From positions 1 through 64,000 of the forward strand of contig MU058528.1 of the NCBI GenBank assembly GCA_013265495.1: a stretch of 64,000 nt of DNA, given 5' to 3'. The DNA comes from Vicugna vicugna. Taxonomy: Eukaryota. The notes below the pieces were generated by a model, which saw only the letters and a program-made list of their open reading frames with translations, was not told where the DNA came from and made no database searches. The position numbers and the translations under genes were made by a program. Positions 37,525 to 50,365 of the stretch are shown here, piece after piece; positions within the stretch are counted from its first letter, which is position 1, and each line of letters opens with the position of its first letter.

Positions 37525-39074
37525 CCTTTTTTTTGTGGTAAATATATACAACATAAAATTTACCATTTTAACCATCTTTAAAGTGTATAGCCAGTGGCAT
37601 TAAGTATTAAGTACATTGTTGTGTGACCATTGCCAACATTTATCTCTTGAGCATTTTTCATCTCCCTAAACTGAAACTCTATACTTAACTCGTTAAACAA
37701 CTCTCCATTCTTTTCTCCTACAGCCTCTGGCAACCACTGTTCTACCTTCTGTCTCTATGAATTTGACCACCTCTAAGTAGGTACCTCATATAAGTGACAT
37801 CAGCAGTATTTGTCCTTTTGTGACTGGCTTATTTCACTTAGCATGATGTCTTCAAGGTTCATCCATGTTGTAGCATGTGTCAGAATTTTCTTCCTTTTTT
37901 AGGTTTGGATAATATTTCATTGAATGAACATACTGTGTTTGGTTTATTCATTCATCCATTGATGGACTACTGAATTGCTTCCACATTTTGGCTACTGTGA
38001 ATAATCCTGCTATAAACGTGGGTGTACAAATATGGTTTTGCATCCTTGCTCTTGAGTCTTTCGGTATATACCCAGAAGTGGGCTTTCTGGATCAGATGAG
38101 AATTCTATGTTTCATTTCTTGAGAAATTGCCATATTGTTTTCCCACAAGAACTTCAACATTTTACTTTCTCACCAGCAATAACCAGGGGCTCCAATTTCT
38201 TCACATCCTTGCCAACATTTGTTGTTTTATGTTGGATAATCACCATCCAAAAGAGAGTGAAGTGGACTCACACTGTTGTTTTGATCTGCATTTCCCTAAT
38301 GATTAGTGATGGTGAGTATCTTTTCATGTGCTTACTGGCCATTTGTATATCTTCTTTGGAGAACTGTCTATCCAACTATTCATTTAAAAATTTTTGTTGT
38401 TGCTCTTGTTGAGTTGTAGGAGTCCTTCATATATTCTGGATATCAATCCCTTCACAGATGTATGATTTGCAAATGTTTTCTCCCATTCTCTGTGTTGCCT
38501 TTGCACACTGTTGACAGTACCATTTAATGCACAAAAATTTAAAATTTTGATGCAGTCTACATTGTCTACTTTTACTTTTGTTACATGTGCTTTTGGTGTC
38601 ATATCCAAGAAATCATTGCCAAATCCAATGTCGTGAAGCTTTTCTACTTAGGTTTTCTCCACTAGTTTTAACTCTCACATTGAAATCTTTGATCCGTTTT
38701 GAGTTAGTTTTTGTATATGGTGCAAGGTAAGAGTCCAGCATCATTCTTTTGCATGTGGATACCCAAGTTACTTGTTGAAAAGTCTCCTACCTCATTGAGT
38801 GATCTTTGCACATTTGTAGAAAATTATTTGGCCATATATGTAAGAATTTATTTCTCAGCTGTCTGTTTTGCTCCCTTGGCCTATGTCTGTATTTAAGCTG
38901 GTACCATAGCTTTGTAGTAAGTTTTGAAATCAGGAGGTGTGAGACATCCAACTTTGCTCTTCTTTTTCAAGATTGGTTTGGCTATTCAGGGTCCCTGGAG
39001 AGTCCACATGAGTTTTAGGATGGATTTTTTAATTTCTGGAAAAAAAATCATTGGAATTTTTGATAAGGATAGTC
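37525..39074 (-). mobile_element. L1M (MA/MB-type) 3' ~1.5 kb, antisense
   Basis: 3' UTR motifs (ggcaaccactgttctaccttctgtctctatgaatttgac) and ORF2 C-terminal remnant DMTPKAHVTKVKVD...EWEKTFANH (38384-38608, minus strand). Confidence 0.9.
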
Positions 39075-39078
39075 TTGC

Positions 39079-39618
39079 TGAAGGAGGATTAATAAAATGG
39101 CTGCCCTAAGGCTAACAGATTGCTCATTCTCATGCTCACCCTTAAAGCGGTCACCTGACCTGACTGACCAGTTGCTACTCACATTGTTAAAACTAAAGCT
39201 ATTGATCTTACTGTTTCTACTTTATTCCAGTCATTGAAAGTAATAATCATGCTTGGTCTCTGAGTCCTTCTCCAAGGAGAAGTTCACAGGAGTATAAACT
39301 TACAAAATAGTCTGAATTACCAAGAAGACCTCACCTTGAGTGCTTATGAGATAAAGAAACCTAACTGCTAACTGATCGCCTGGAGGCATCATGATGCCAT
39401 TCTAAGTCTTCTGATGAGAAAATGATTCTGTTGAAGGCTATTGATGTTTATTGTTTGAGCTCTGGCTGATAACCACCCCGCCCCATCCCCAAGGTGGGGT
39501 CACAGTTTTGAAGGCAACAGCCTGCTGTCAGTCCCCTTTGCCTCTTTTCTTCTAAGCTCCATGACCTTGTCTCTGAGTTATTTGGCTCGTCAGGGACGGG
39601 GCCAATCTTTTGGCAACA
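39079..39618 (+). mobile_element. ERV solo LTR, copy B, same family as 31637-32385
   Basis: TGAAGG...CAACA with perfect 4-bp TSD TTGC (39075-39078 / 39619-39622). Confidence 0.9.
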
Positions 39619-42600
39619 TTGCTTGAACTCTTGCATTTTTGCTTTGAGCTTCTGTTTTACAGAAATAATTAGGTTGTTAAGTTTTAAAATTTGCTTTCAT
39701 CTGTTCCATGAATATTCTTTGCCATTTGCTTTCTCAGTCTCTCCAACCACAACCTCTGAAACATTTTGGTGGTATTTTAGTGAAGTTTATCCAATGATAC
39801 CTTTTTATTTCTCTTTTACTCATCCTTAAATGAGTAGAGTTCTTCCTATACAGTGTGTTATAGGAGATTTATGTGAAAGAGAAGTTAAGGAATTTTTCAA
39901 GCTTGTATAAAATTTCCATTACAAGTAAAATGCTTGGTGATACAGGGTTGTGTGGGTAAATTCTTTGAGCTTTTATTCCTTCCCAGCCACCCGAGATTGT
40001 CAGCCACAGCACGGTTCATGATGTATTTCTGCCTAGCCTTTCGAAAGCTCCCTAGAAATATGAGTGGTTCCTGGTTTACCCTTACCTCCTCTGCTCCTCC
40101 TTGATACAGCCTTCAGACCCTCTCAGGATGTCCTACTGGCTCTGGAAACCTGTGTTCTGACAGCTTTGTTTGAAATCTTTAGCTAAATACTTCCTCATTG
40201 GGTGTCTCCCCATACCTTTCTTCAACTTTCAATGTATTCGGCAGCCCATCCTCATGTACTATGTTTTGGAATTGTAAGTCTCTGAATTTTATTAAAAGTG
40301 GAGTTTAACTTTCTATTCCTCATTCTCCTTGTTGTTTTTGGGTGATTTCCTGAAGGAGAAGAGAGTAGCCTTATAATTTCTAGCAATGAACCTGAGAGGC
40401 AAGAGAGCTTTAGCTTTTTGAAATAACAGTCATGGAAGGCTGATTTTCATGAGCAAGAAATGTGAGGAGAATGGATAACAGCAGAATCCCAAGTCATTTC
40501 TTTATGGTGAATTCTAGCTAAGTGAAGACATCTGTGAGAACTGCATGAATGACAGCACATGGAATGCAGAACTGATGTGTCGTAGCCGCCATGTTCCTTC
40601 ACGGTCAACCTTAGGGTGCTCAGACCTCTGCTGTAGACTTCTGTGCATTTCTGATTTTGTTTTCGAATCTACTATTGTCATTTGGTTTTTCCATCTCTAA
40701 AATTCCTTGCTCAAATGCTTTCCATATCCTTCCCTGTGACTTTTATTTGGAACTACCATTCCATTGATGTTACTGTCCTTTCTTCTATCTACCTACCACC
40801 AATCAATCTATCTGCTTGGCAGATGGGGGTGGGGTGGGGTTCCTGGGTTTTCAAGGTAATATAAATGTGACAGAGAAACAGTCTTCATTTCCATTAAGGC
40901 TACTGTGACTAGAATTATAAAAAAGAGGTAGGAAATCTCTGGTTGTACCTTCCATTCAGGAAATGAGGAGGAGTGGACTCAGGTATGGATAAGGGAGGCT
41001 GTATTTTCCACCTGAGATCAGAAAGGTTCAGATGACAGTAGTGCTTTGCCAGCCACGGAGTGACATCATAAGGGAGGTAGTTAGATGAGGGTCTCGTTCC
41101 TTTATTATTGGCACCTGCAGGGATGTTAATCTAGGACAAAGGGCTCAACAAAATGCATTAATGGGTAATATCAAAGCGGTGTGGTGGGAGGAGTGGCTGG
41201 GCAGAGAGTCTCTGAAGCAGAGGATTCTTCCAGGTGTTGCATAAAATAATTGACAAAACATGTGTGGGGCTTCCCCTTTCTTTTTCCACCTCTGCCCTTC
41301 CTTTATGCTTCTTCCTGTTATTCATTTTCTCTTTCAAATCTGTCCTAAGTGTTCATTTCGCCCGTGTAAGATTGTGCAATGTGGTGGATGACTGAAGAGG
41401 TTAGTGAGCTCACACCTATGGAGATGGTCCTTCCTGTGCCATGTAGACTCCTTAATATCACAACAGAATTCAGCCAGGGTCATAAGATGAGCCTTTGAAA
41501 TAACTGTAAATAAAATACTTTTAAAGCATGGTTACAATCCTATGGTAAAGCATAAAGTTGGTAGGTGCTGCTTCTGGAGACAAATAATGTGCCTCCTACT
41601 TCCATCTATTAAGGAGACTTAAAAAAAGATGTATAGGTTGTTACCATAGCATAATCAAATGCATATTTTCCAAATTCTATATTCAGTTTTTAAAATTTTT
41701 AATGAAGAGCATTTTCCACAATATACATGTCAGTTTCCATTAGGATATTGATCATTATGCACTTTCCAAATGAGATATATCAGAATAATTAAGGGAGAGA
41801 CCAGATACATGTCTTTTAAGTGAAATAATCTGTTGTCACATTCTTTTCAACTTATCTCAGATCTCTCATGTGCTTTATCTCTTGAATGGATCTCGGTTCG
41901 TCCCCAGCTGTGCCTCTTTTTATTGTACTGAATGTATGTGTTTCAAGTTCCAGGAAAGATTCTTTGTCAGATTTATATTTGGCTTCTTTAGTCCCCAGAG
42001 CTTGTGAACGATATCACAGTGGGAAATACTGAATTATTCTACATACTTGGAACTTTGGAAAATGAAATTACTGCTTCATGCAATTGAAATAAAATTTTTG
42101 CCTGGAGTGCATTAATTCTAATTTTATTACCCATCTACTTTATAAGGTTTCTCTACTTTTTATGTGGAAAAAGTAAGGGATAGAATGGCTAAACACATTT
42201 TAATGATGAGAAACTCTGCAGTAGAATGAGCCAAAATTGAAGGATGTCTTCCACTTTAGGGGAAATATTTCCACCTCTACTATATAGGAAAGGGAATCTT
42301 TCAGCCCCATTTCTAAACAGTCCCTGCTACAATGGTTTGGTGGTGAACCGAGATTCTAGAGGAGCAGTTCACTTTTTAATATGTTCAAGGTGAGATAAAA
42401 TCCGGAGTTCTAACCAAGTTCTCTTCCTCCTAAAGGAGAAGCATAATTTTTCCTTTCCATACCATAGAATCTTAGAGTTGGTGGGGGGTCTCAATCACAC
42501 TTGAAATCCTGAGTTATTTTTTTCAAGTTATTTGATCCAAGAATGACGGACTTCTTCCTGATTTTTTAAATTTGGCCAATCTGGAGTCTGATTTAGAAGT

Positions 42601-43674
42601 TAGGAAGTCCTAACTTAGTCAAGGGTTGCCAGACTATAAGATCAGAGAATTAAGCTTAGTTCAAAAATAAAAGCTGTGAATTCTGATTGAGTGCTAAACC
42701 TGGCAAATATCCTTGTGAGAATCATCTGCCTTACATAAAGTGGGTCTGCTACATCTCTGGGAAACGATGCCTGCTAACTTTTTAGATTGATTAGATGCAG
42801 TCTTACTTCAAAGCTGACATTTTCATGAAGCGTTTGTAATGTAACTATTAATACTGACAATCTGAGCTGTGACGTATAGGAGAAAGTGAATGTAACAAGA
42901 TGAATATTTATTGTTAAGTGTTGTTAAGCATTATGTAATCAGAAAACTTTGAGTGCCTAGTATGAAAAAAGTCTCTTTTATTTGCATATTATGGTACATG
43001 TGTGCTTTTACATAACACGCTATTTCCATGTGTACGATATACATTTAAAAAGGACGATCTATCTTATAAATTTATAGTAGGTTTATAAGAATTTTATAAA
43101 TATAAATCAAGCTTATAAATTTCACATACTTGGTATATCAGATTATGTGTAATGTTTTAAATTAAAAAATACATATATACACAAAGTACTACAATGATTA
43201 TAAAATGTATGAATACCAGTACTTAATCCATCCCTTCAAATTGACACCATGCTATTGATTCCTTTCTTCATTATCTCTGTAATTATCTTTATCCCTTGCT
43301 GGAACTGCAGGGTAACCTGCACAACCCAGGGGAGAAGAAATATCATTCAGGTTGCAAAGTTACTGGTTTGGGGATTTGGGATTGAACATGGCATCTGAGT
43401 GCACCTTCTATGATGATTTGATAAAGCAGGTGCTTTTCAGGGTAGGCCTAGAAAGATAGGTTGGTATGAATTTGTGTGAGTCTCAAATGCAAGACTAGGA
43501 ATTTAAACTTATTTTGGTAGAAAGTATTACTGAATTTTGCTTGGGGGGAGTACGGAAGGAGGGCTGGGCTTTGGGAAGACTGTAAGTCTTCAAATTGGCT
43601 TTCATTTACTTCAACAAACAAATTCTACTTTAAATAATTGTAGAGGTCTGAATTTTGCTCTGAAAAATTTCCCC

Positions 43675-43912
43675 TAGATCTGTTGAAGTATGACTCATAA
43701 ACAAAAACTGTATTTATTTAAAGTGATAAGTGTATTTATTCAAGGTGTACAACTGTATATATTTAAGGTGATGTTTTTATGTGTGTGTACATTGTGAAAT
43801 GATTACACGATAAAGCTGATTAACATATCCAGCAACTCACATACCTTTTTTTTTGTGGCGAGGAGACTTGAGATATGCATGCTTGGCAAATTTCAAGTCT
43901 GCAATCTATTAT
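43675..43912 (-). mobile_element. L1MA-type 3' end fragment
   Basis: gtacattgtgaaatgattacacgataaagctgattaacatatcc...gcaaatttcaagt. Confidence 0.7.
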
Positions 43913-44014
43913 GTCCTCAAATGAAAAAAAATCAGAATGTTTAACAGGTAAAACCAAGAAAATAGAGAATTAGCAGATGATTGTCTTTCCCTTTTTTTGG
44001 TCAATCAGTTTTTA

Positions 44015-44251
44015 CCGTCGGTTCCCAGATAGGGTGATATTTTTGTCTTCCTCCCCAGAGGACACTTGGCCATGCCTGGAGATGTCTGTGGTCGTCATGA
44101 CTAGAAGGGGCGGTGGAGTGTAGGTGCTACTGGCATCTAGCTGTTAGAGGCCAGGGATGCTTGTAAACATCCTGAAGCATATAGGACACTCATCTCCAGC
44201 AAAGAATTATCTGGCCCCAAATGTTCATAGTGCTGAGGTGGAGAAACCCTG
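44015..44251 (+). mobile_element. MER20 DNA transposon
   Basis: tgctactggcatctagctgttagaggccagggatgcttgtaaacatcct...aagaattatctggccccaaatgttcatagtgctgaggtggagaaaccctg. Confidence 0.9.
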
Positions 44252-45164
44252 GTGCTCGCATATTGAGGGCATACTCTGCGCACAGCACCGAACCAAGTTT
44301 GTGACTCCCCAGTGCTCAGTCCTCTTTGAAATATGTGGGTGATTATTTGTATCTTCTTTTGACACCTATAACATCAGGTGTAGTTATTAGACAGAATGCA
44401 CTTTGGAGTTAAATTTTCAGAATGTTATAGAATTGTAGCTTTTTATTTGGATATACTTTTATTTCAGTCGTATTTCCTGAAATATAACAACATGAACGTA
44501 GGGGAAAATCATTGTTTAAATAGCGCACATCACAGGTGTAACTGTGGTTCCACACAGCTAGAGCTATAAAAAGTTGAATTTTATATGCCAGGACAGCCTA
44601 AAGATTATGTACTATTTGCTCTAACAATAATGTTATAGTTTTCTTTCCCAAGGCAAAATTTTAAAAATTTAAAAAGTAGCAAAAAGTGGTGATCATATTT
44701 TTAAAGTGTCTTAGAAAATCCATGGAGGGACTGATGTTGAAGTCATTCATATTTTAGAAATGAGAAGCTTGAGTCATGCATCAGGACTTGCGACTTTACC
44801 TGATTTTAGACTTTTAAACTTCTTGTTTCGAAGAAATGTCAAGAATAAAATTCTTGCAAGAATAAAACAAAGAATTTACACATGCCCATCACTTAAATTC
44901 ACCAATTGTTAGCATTTTGCCTGATTTTCTTTCTCTCTTCTCGTGACATATATGTATCTACATCTTTTATGTTTACTCATTTTCTTTGTCTCCTAAGAAC
45001 AAGGAACTCTTTTATGTAAACATAACCACCATTTGAGAAACAATGGTGTAGACTGACTGACAAAGAAGGAAAGACAGACAGGCGGACAAAGCAGGTGTTC
45101 ATTAATTTCCTGCTATTTTCATGGCTTTTCCTGTTAAATATCCTGATTTTTTAAAAATTTCAGA

Positions 45165-45360
45165 ACATAATGTACTGTAGACTTGAAATTTGCTAAGAGT
45201 TCAAGTGTACTCACCACACGCACAAAAACAGTAACTATGTAAGGTGATGGTTATGTTAATTATCTTGATTGTATAATCATTTCACAATGTATATATCAAA
45301 ACATCACCATATATATATAATTTTTACTTGTCAATCAGACCTCAGTATAGCTGGGGGAAA
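45165..45360 (+). mobile_element. L1MA-type 3' end fragment
   Basis: acttgaaatttgctaagag...gtaactatgtaaggtgatggttatgttaat...catttcacaatgtatatatcaaaacatca. Confidence 0.8.
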
Positions 45361-45411
45361 ATTTTCAGAACAAAAGTTATTTCTCTACGTTTATTCAAAT
45401 TAGAATTTGTT

Positions 45412-45540
45412 GGGGGAAGGGTATAGCTCAGTGGTAGAATGCATGCTTAGCATGTGTGAGGTCTTGGGTTCAAAACCCAGTAGCTCCATTAAAAGTAAAT
45501 AAACCTAATTACCATCCCCACCATAAAAAAGTTTTAAAAA
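45412..45540 (+). mobile_element. Camelid Vic-1-type tRNA-derived SINE
   Basis: gggggaagggtatagctcagtggtagaatgcatgcttagcatgtgtgaggtcttgggttcaaaaccc has Pol III A and B boxes, followed by the tail aaataaacctaattacc. Confidence 0.88.
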
Positions 45541-46704
45541 CTAGAATTCTATACCTAGCAAAATGGTCCTTCAAAGATGGAAATGAAATAAAGGTATTTT
45601 TAAAAAAGAATTTGTATACTGAAGTATATGAAAACAACTTGAAGCTTTATCAATTTTTCTAAATCCCAGTCTTCATTCTGTACTTCCCCCTACTCTGAAG
45701 TCAAACAATCGTTCCTGCCAAAATAAGTGTAATCTAATTAAGGACATTTAAGATCATTATAATATTATGTAAATATAACCGCTATTCAGAATTTACCAGC
45801 TGTGCCAGTATTTTCATTTATAGTATGCCATACCTCCCTCATTGCCTTTAATCTGGAATATTTTCTGCTTTTTTATGACTAATATTTTGGGAGAGGACAG
45901 GTCAGTTGTTTCATAGAATATCACTCAATTTGGGTTTGTCTGACCTGCATTTTTATTCAGGTTATGCATCTTTGGGGTTACTCCTATGTAAGAGGTGCTT
46001 TGTCCTCACTGCATTACGCCAGGCAGTACCTAATGTCAGCTTGTCGTGCTATTGGTGGCAAATTTGATCACTAGGTTAGGATGGTATCTTCCAGATGTCT
46101 CCACTATAAAGGTATCATTTGCCCCCTTTGAAATGAATAAACTGCCTGTGGGGAGATATTTTAAGATTATGCAAATAATCTGTTCTGCACAAAGTTACAT
46201 CTAATGGTTTTAGCATCTAGCGATGGCTCTTGCTTAAATCAACTGTTAGTATAAAGATTGCAAAAGAGTATTATTCCCTCTACATTTATTAGTTGGCTTT
46301 TTACTTTAAAGGACTTACCCTCTTAATTGATTTGTTGCTTGTTTTGGTATTAGTATGAAGTCATGAATTATTTTTATTTAATGTGCTGTATAATGTGTGA
46401 CTTTCATGATTCATTTTGACGCTGAAGTTGTTGCAGATTGGGCACTAGGATCCCTCTTAGGTTGGCTCTTGTGTCTTTTTGATATGCTCTCATCAGTTTT
46501 TGAACCCTCCCCTGCTTGCTGGCACAATAAGACACTTCCGATTCAACTTACATCTTCCGTGGAATCTGTCTTTCTCTTTTTAGCTGGAAATTTAGAAAAC
46601 AAGCTCTAAGTGTCAAGTGTGCCCATCGCTACTGAGGTGGCTTTGCTTCTAGGCTTTTTCAGCAGACAGAGTTAGAAATGAATTTCTTCCTTAGTTTGTA
46701 AATT

Positions 46705-46955
46705 ATTAATGTTGGTAAAATACACATAAAATTGATCATTTTAACCATTTTTAAGTATACAATTGAGGAGTGCTGAGTACATTCACATTGTTGTGCAACT
46801 GGTCTCCCAAACTCTTTTCATTTTGTAAGACTAAAACTGTCCATTAAACAGAGCCACCATTCCACTTTCTGTCTCTATGATATGACTGCTCTAGGTACTT
46901 GAGATAAGTGGAATGATACAGTTTTTGTCTTTTTGTGACTGGCTTATTTCACTTT
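46705..46955 (-). mobile_element. L1MB-type 3' end fragment within a larger ancient L1M-derived block (~44850-46680)
   Basis: ttaaccatttttaagtatacaatt...attcacattgttgtgcaac...tttttgtgactggcttatttcactt. Confidence 0.75.
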
Positions 46956-48904
46956 AGACTTTTTTTTAATCATGAATTCAGTAGGAGTATTTTTGAAGCA
47001 TTTTATAATGGATTTTTATTAAAGTTGCGACTTTTTTTTGACAAATGTCATTTTACAAATAGATGAAACTTCCAGATATATTTTTTATAGTCAAGCCGTT
47101 GACCAAGTAATTGGTGTCTAAAAATACTTGTCAGTTTCAGTAACTAATGCTTGGCCTCGGTAACTTAGGAATTTCATCGATTTTTCCTGAATACACATAC
47201 TTTTTTCTTCTGAAATTGTGTGAGTTCTCAGAAAAGAGACTATTAAGATCTATTCCTCTTGAACAGGGAAAGGATAAATGAATTTGTAGGTAGTAAAACT
47301 ATCCCAGATGAGTGTGAATTTTTGGTCGTATTTTTCTAACTGAAACACTAAAAAGTCACTTAACCACTTTAAAAGAAAAATCACATATATCTGCTTCTCT
47401 ATGTGTAGAATAGAAAGATACATTGAAATATGAAATAGTTAACTCTCTAAGGGAGCACTCCAGATATATGAGGTGATGCTTTTAATAACTGACCAGAGAA
47501 GTCAGAAATGACTGAAGACTGTGGAAGATGGACACTTTGGAACTACATGTGATTCAGAAGATTTTTGGATGGATTCCCAAAGTCTGCATTAGGCAGACTA
47601 TTCGAACAAATTTTGATTTGATTTGTGAAAAGTTTTCTTAACATGTTATTCAGCTATGTTATTTATCATGTAATAGTGAAAGCTGTTTGAGCACCAGTTT
47701 AATGTGAACAAGACACTGTAAACACCCCCTTTCTCTTTTCCTTTTTACTACAATGTACTAGTTCTTTAAAGTGATATACATTAGCACTACCTTTTGGATT
47801 TGGACTGAAGAGATCTGATGAAATCCACCGTGAGATATGGACCAGGCAACGGGAAGCAGAAATTGGTTCTCCAAAGCAAGTTTTTCATTAAGCCACTTAA
47901 TCCCTGGGCTAGAAGGCCCCTGGCGCCTTAGAGATCACCTAGTCCAAAATTCTTTAACTCTCTTTTACAGAGATTGCCAAACCTACATCCTCATTCTTAC
48001 CTAAGGCTTATCATTCCATCTTTAGAAAACTCTGACTGCTAGGAAATAATCTCCTTATAGTTTCCACCCACTTATCCTGGTCCAATCCATTGGAACCGTA
48101 GAGAAATGCCTGATCTCTAATCACAACCAGCCTTCAAATACTTAAAGGCAAGACAATTTTATTTTTAAAAACTGGAATCTTTCGTTAGTATAACCCAGGG
48201 CTTCATTCAAGAGACACAACAGCTGCAGAAAAGGAAACCAAAGAGAATTGGCAGAGTTAGGACTGGTTCCCCCATGCCATAAATCAGAACAGGACTTGCC
48301 AGCCAGGTGTGGCTTCCCCACCCAACTGCTTCCACGCAGCCCAGCCCCTGTTGTCAGCCGAGTGCAGGTGTATTCCAGATCCCAGAGCCAACCCTCCCCC
48401 TCACAGTGCTTTGCTGCTTTTAATAAAAAAAGATTTGGCACTCCTGGATGAATAAACTGTATACTTTTCTTGTAGCAATTTAGGGATAAACATAACTCGT
48501 CGTTTCACAACTAAGCAAGGCACTGGTAATTAACATTCTTGTCAAAACCTTAGGTACTAAGTGTGAAGGTTACTATGCCCATTGTTTCATTTGATTGGAA
48601 GACTGGTTTTCATACAAGTATCATGTTTGAAGTGCTATTTTAAGATCATGTAAAAACTGTATAAGACATGATGTGTGAATCTAAGCACTCAGGAGGGAGA
48701 AATATCTTGAATTTGCTCCCAGTGTTCTCACTGTCTTAATGGTCTCACTGGCTCACACTGCATAGCAGGTCCTGATGCTGCTGCCTACCCTGCAGAACAA
48801 TGATTTCCTTCCAGGATCCTCCCGCTACAGGACTGTGTGCTTCAGAAGAGGCAGGCCTCGTATCCAGCCCAGGGGACAGTGCTGGTGACTTTCAGAGTTG
48901 CAAG

Positions 48905-49132
48905 GACGATGCTTTTGGCATTTGGGGTCAGTGAATTTTTTATTTTGTGGGACTATTTCATGCATTACAGGGCATTTAACCCTCCTGATCATCATTGCCT
49001 AATTCTAAAGCATCTCCCATCACCATGACAACTAAAGGTGCTCCCAAACGCCCCATGTAAGCAGGGGATGGGGAGGGGGATAGTAGGGTAGCTGAGGGGG
49101 TGGGTAGCAGTAGCCCCATGTGAGAACCATCA
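48905..49132 (-). mobile_element. Diverged MER20-like DNA transposon
   Basis: ggcatttggggtcagtgaattttttattttgtgggact...tgcattacagggcattta...tgacaactaaa...tgagaacca resembles the MER20 reverse complement. Confidence 0.55.
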
Positions 49133-49154
49133 GTCAAAGACAATCACAGAGGCC

Positions 49155-49545
49155 CCAGTCCTCTTGCTAGGGATTGGTGTAGGCATGGAGGTCTGACACA
49201 ATTCTGCCCAATGAGATGAGAGGGAGTCTGTTGGAGTGCTTCTGGGAAAAGTTTAACCCATGGATAATATGAGAAGAAGCAATTTCCTGTCTGCGTCTGT
49301 CCATTATGATAAAAATATAATGCCTAGAAACTGCTTGTGGACAAAGCAAATTTGCTGAAGATAGCTGAACAAAAAAAGCAGAAAGAACCTGGTCCTTTAT
49401 GGTGCCAGGGAGCTGCTCAATCAGTCCGTCCTGGAACTATTTGTATTTGACTTTTTACTGTGCAAGATAATAAATTCCTTATTGATCGAATCAATTGGGC
49501 CGAAGTTTTCAGTTACTTAAGTTAAAAGCATACTAAATGATATGC
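49155..49545 (+). mobile_element. Old MaLR (MLT1J/K-like) LTR
   Basis: acacaattctgcccaatgagatgagagggag...cttctgggaaaagttt...gaaagaacctggtcct...ttttcagttactt...aaagcatactaaatgata. Confidence 0.7.
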
Positions 49546-50365
49546 CTTATCCTGCCTTCTTCCTCCCAACCCCCAATCTTAAAGATAACTGTATTGAAAC
49601 AAATGAAGTTCTTAAAAATAAAAAATTAACACAAGTTAAAAATATTCACACCTGAAGCAAACACCAATGCTCTTTGAAAGACAGACCTGGGTGTGTCTTC
49701 TGTATCATTCACTTGTCATTTAAATTGGGTCAAAACAATAAGGGCTTTGTCTTCATTCCAACAAGTGATTCCAAAGCCAGAATTAATTCCATGAGTTTCC
49801 TTTAAAAAAATTTACCAGTCGTTGAATAATATCCATAAGACATCATGTCAGGTCACAGTATTCAGTCATGGTGGCCTTTTCCTTTTATCTTTGCATTCTT
49901 CCTGAATCGTAACATTAATTTTTGAGGTTTTTTTTTTCCCACTTGGTGTTTCTCACTTTGACCATGGCTTTTGCCTGAAAATAAACACATGCTTGAAAAC
50001 GAAGGGCGGTGTTTCATGAATGAATCTACTCATGGCGATCTTAACTTTAACAAGGTTTAAACTTTCTCTCAGATCTGTGGAATTTTAGTGCTTGAGCGGA
50101 CATCAGAAATAATGTAACATGTATAAACTCCCTTGAATCCTTAAAGTGAAGAGGGAGATTGGATGGTAAAATGTATTTTAACGTTGATGTAAATTCTTTA
50201 AGGGGTAACATGCCGTGGATAAATAAAAGTCACAGGTATTGGAACCAGAACACTAGGACTTCTGTTCCGATCCCCGCTTTGGCATTTCTCAGGTGTATGA
50301 AATTAGACAAATTATTCACCTCTGCTTCTTTATCTATGAAATAGGTTTAGAAACATTAGCTCTGC

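Noticed and set aside
31637..39618. Possible intact provirus bounded by two LTRs
   Set aside because: Each LTR has its own distinct TSD, the copies are clearly diverged, and the interior is L1, MIR, microsatellite and unique DNA with no retroviral ORF.
43706..43775. Three imperfect copies of tgtatttatttaaagtg
   Set aside because: Local slippage within an old L1 3' end, with no sign of function.
45412..45490. tRNA-Ala-like gene (also 50717-50776 and 62585-62665)
   Set aside because: No proper acceptor stem, SINE tails and TSDs are present, and there are three diverged copies. These are tRNA-derived SINEs.
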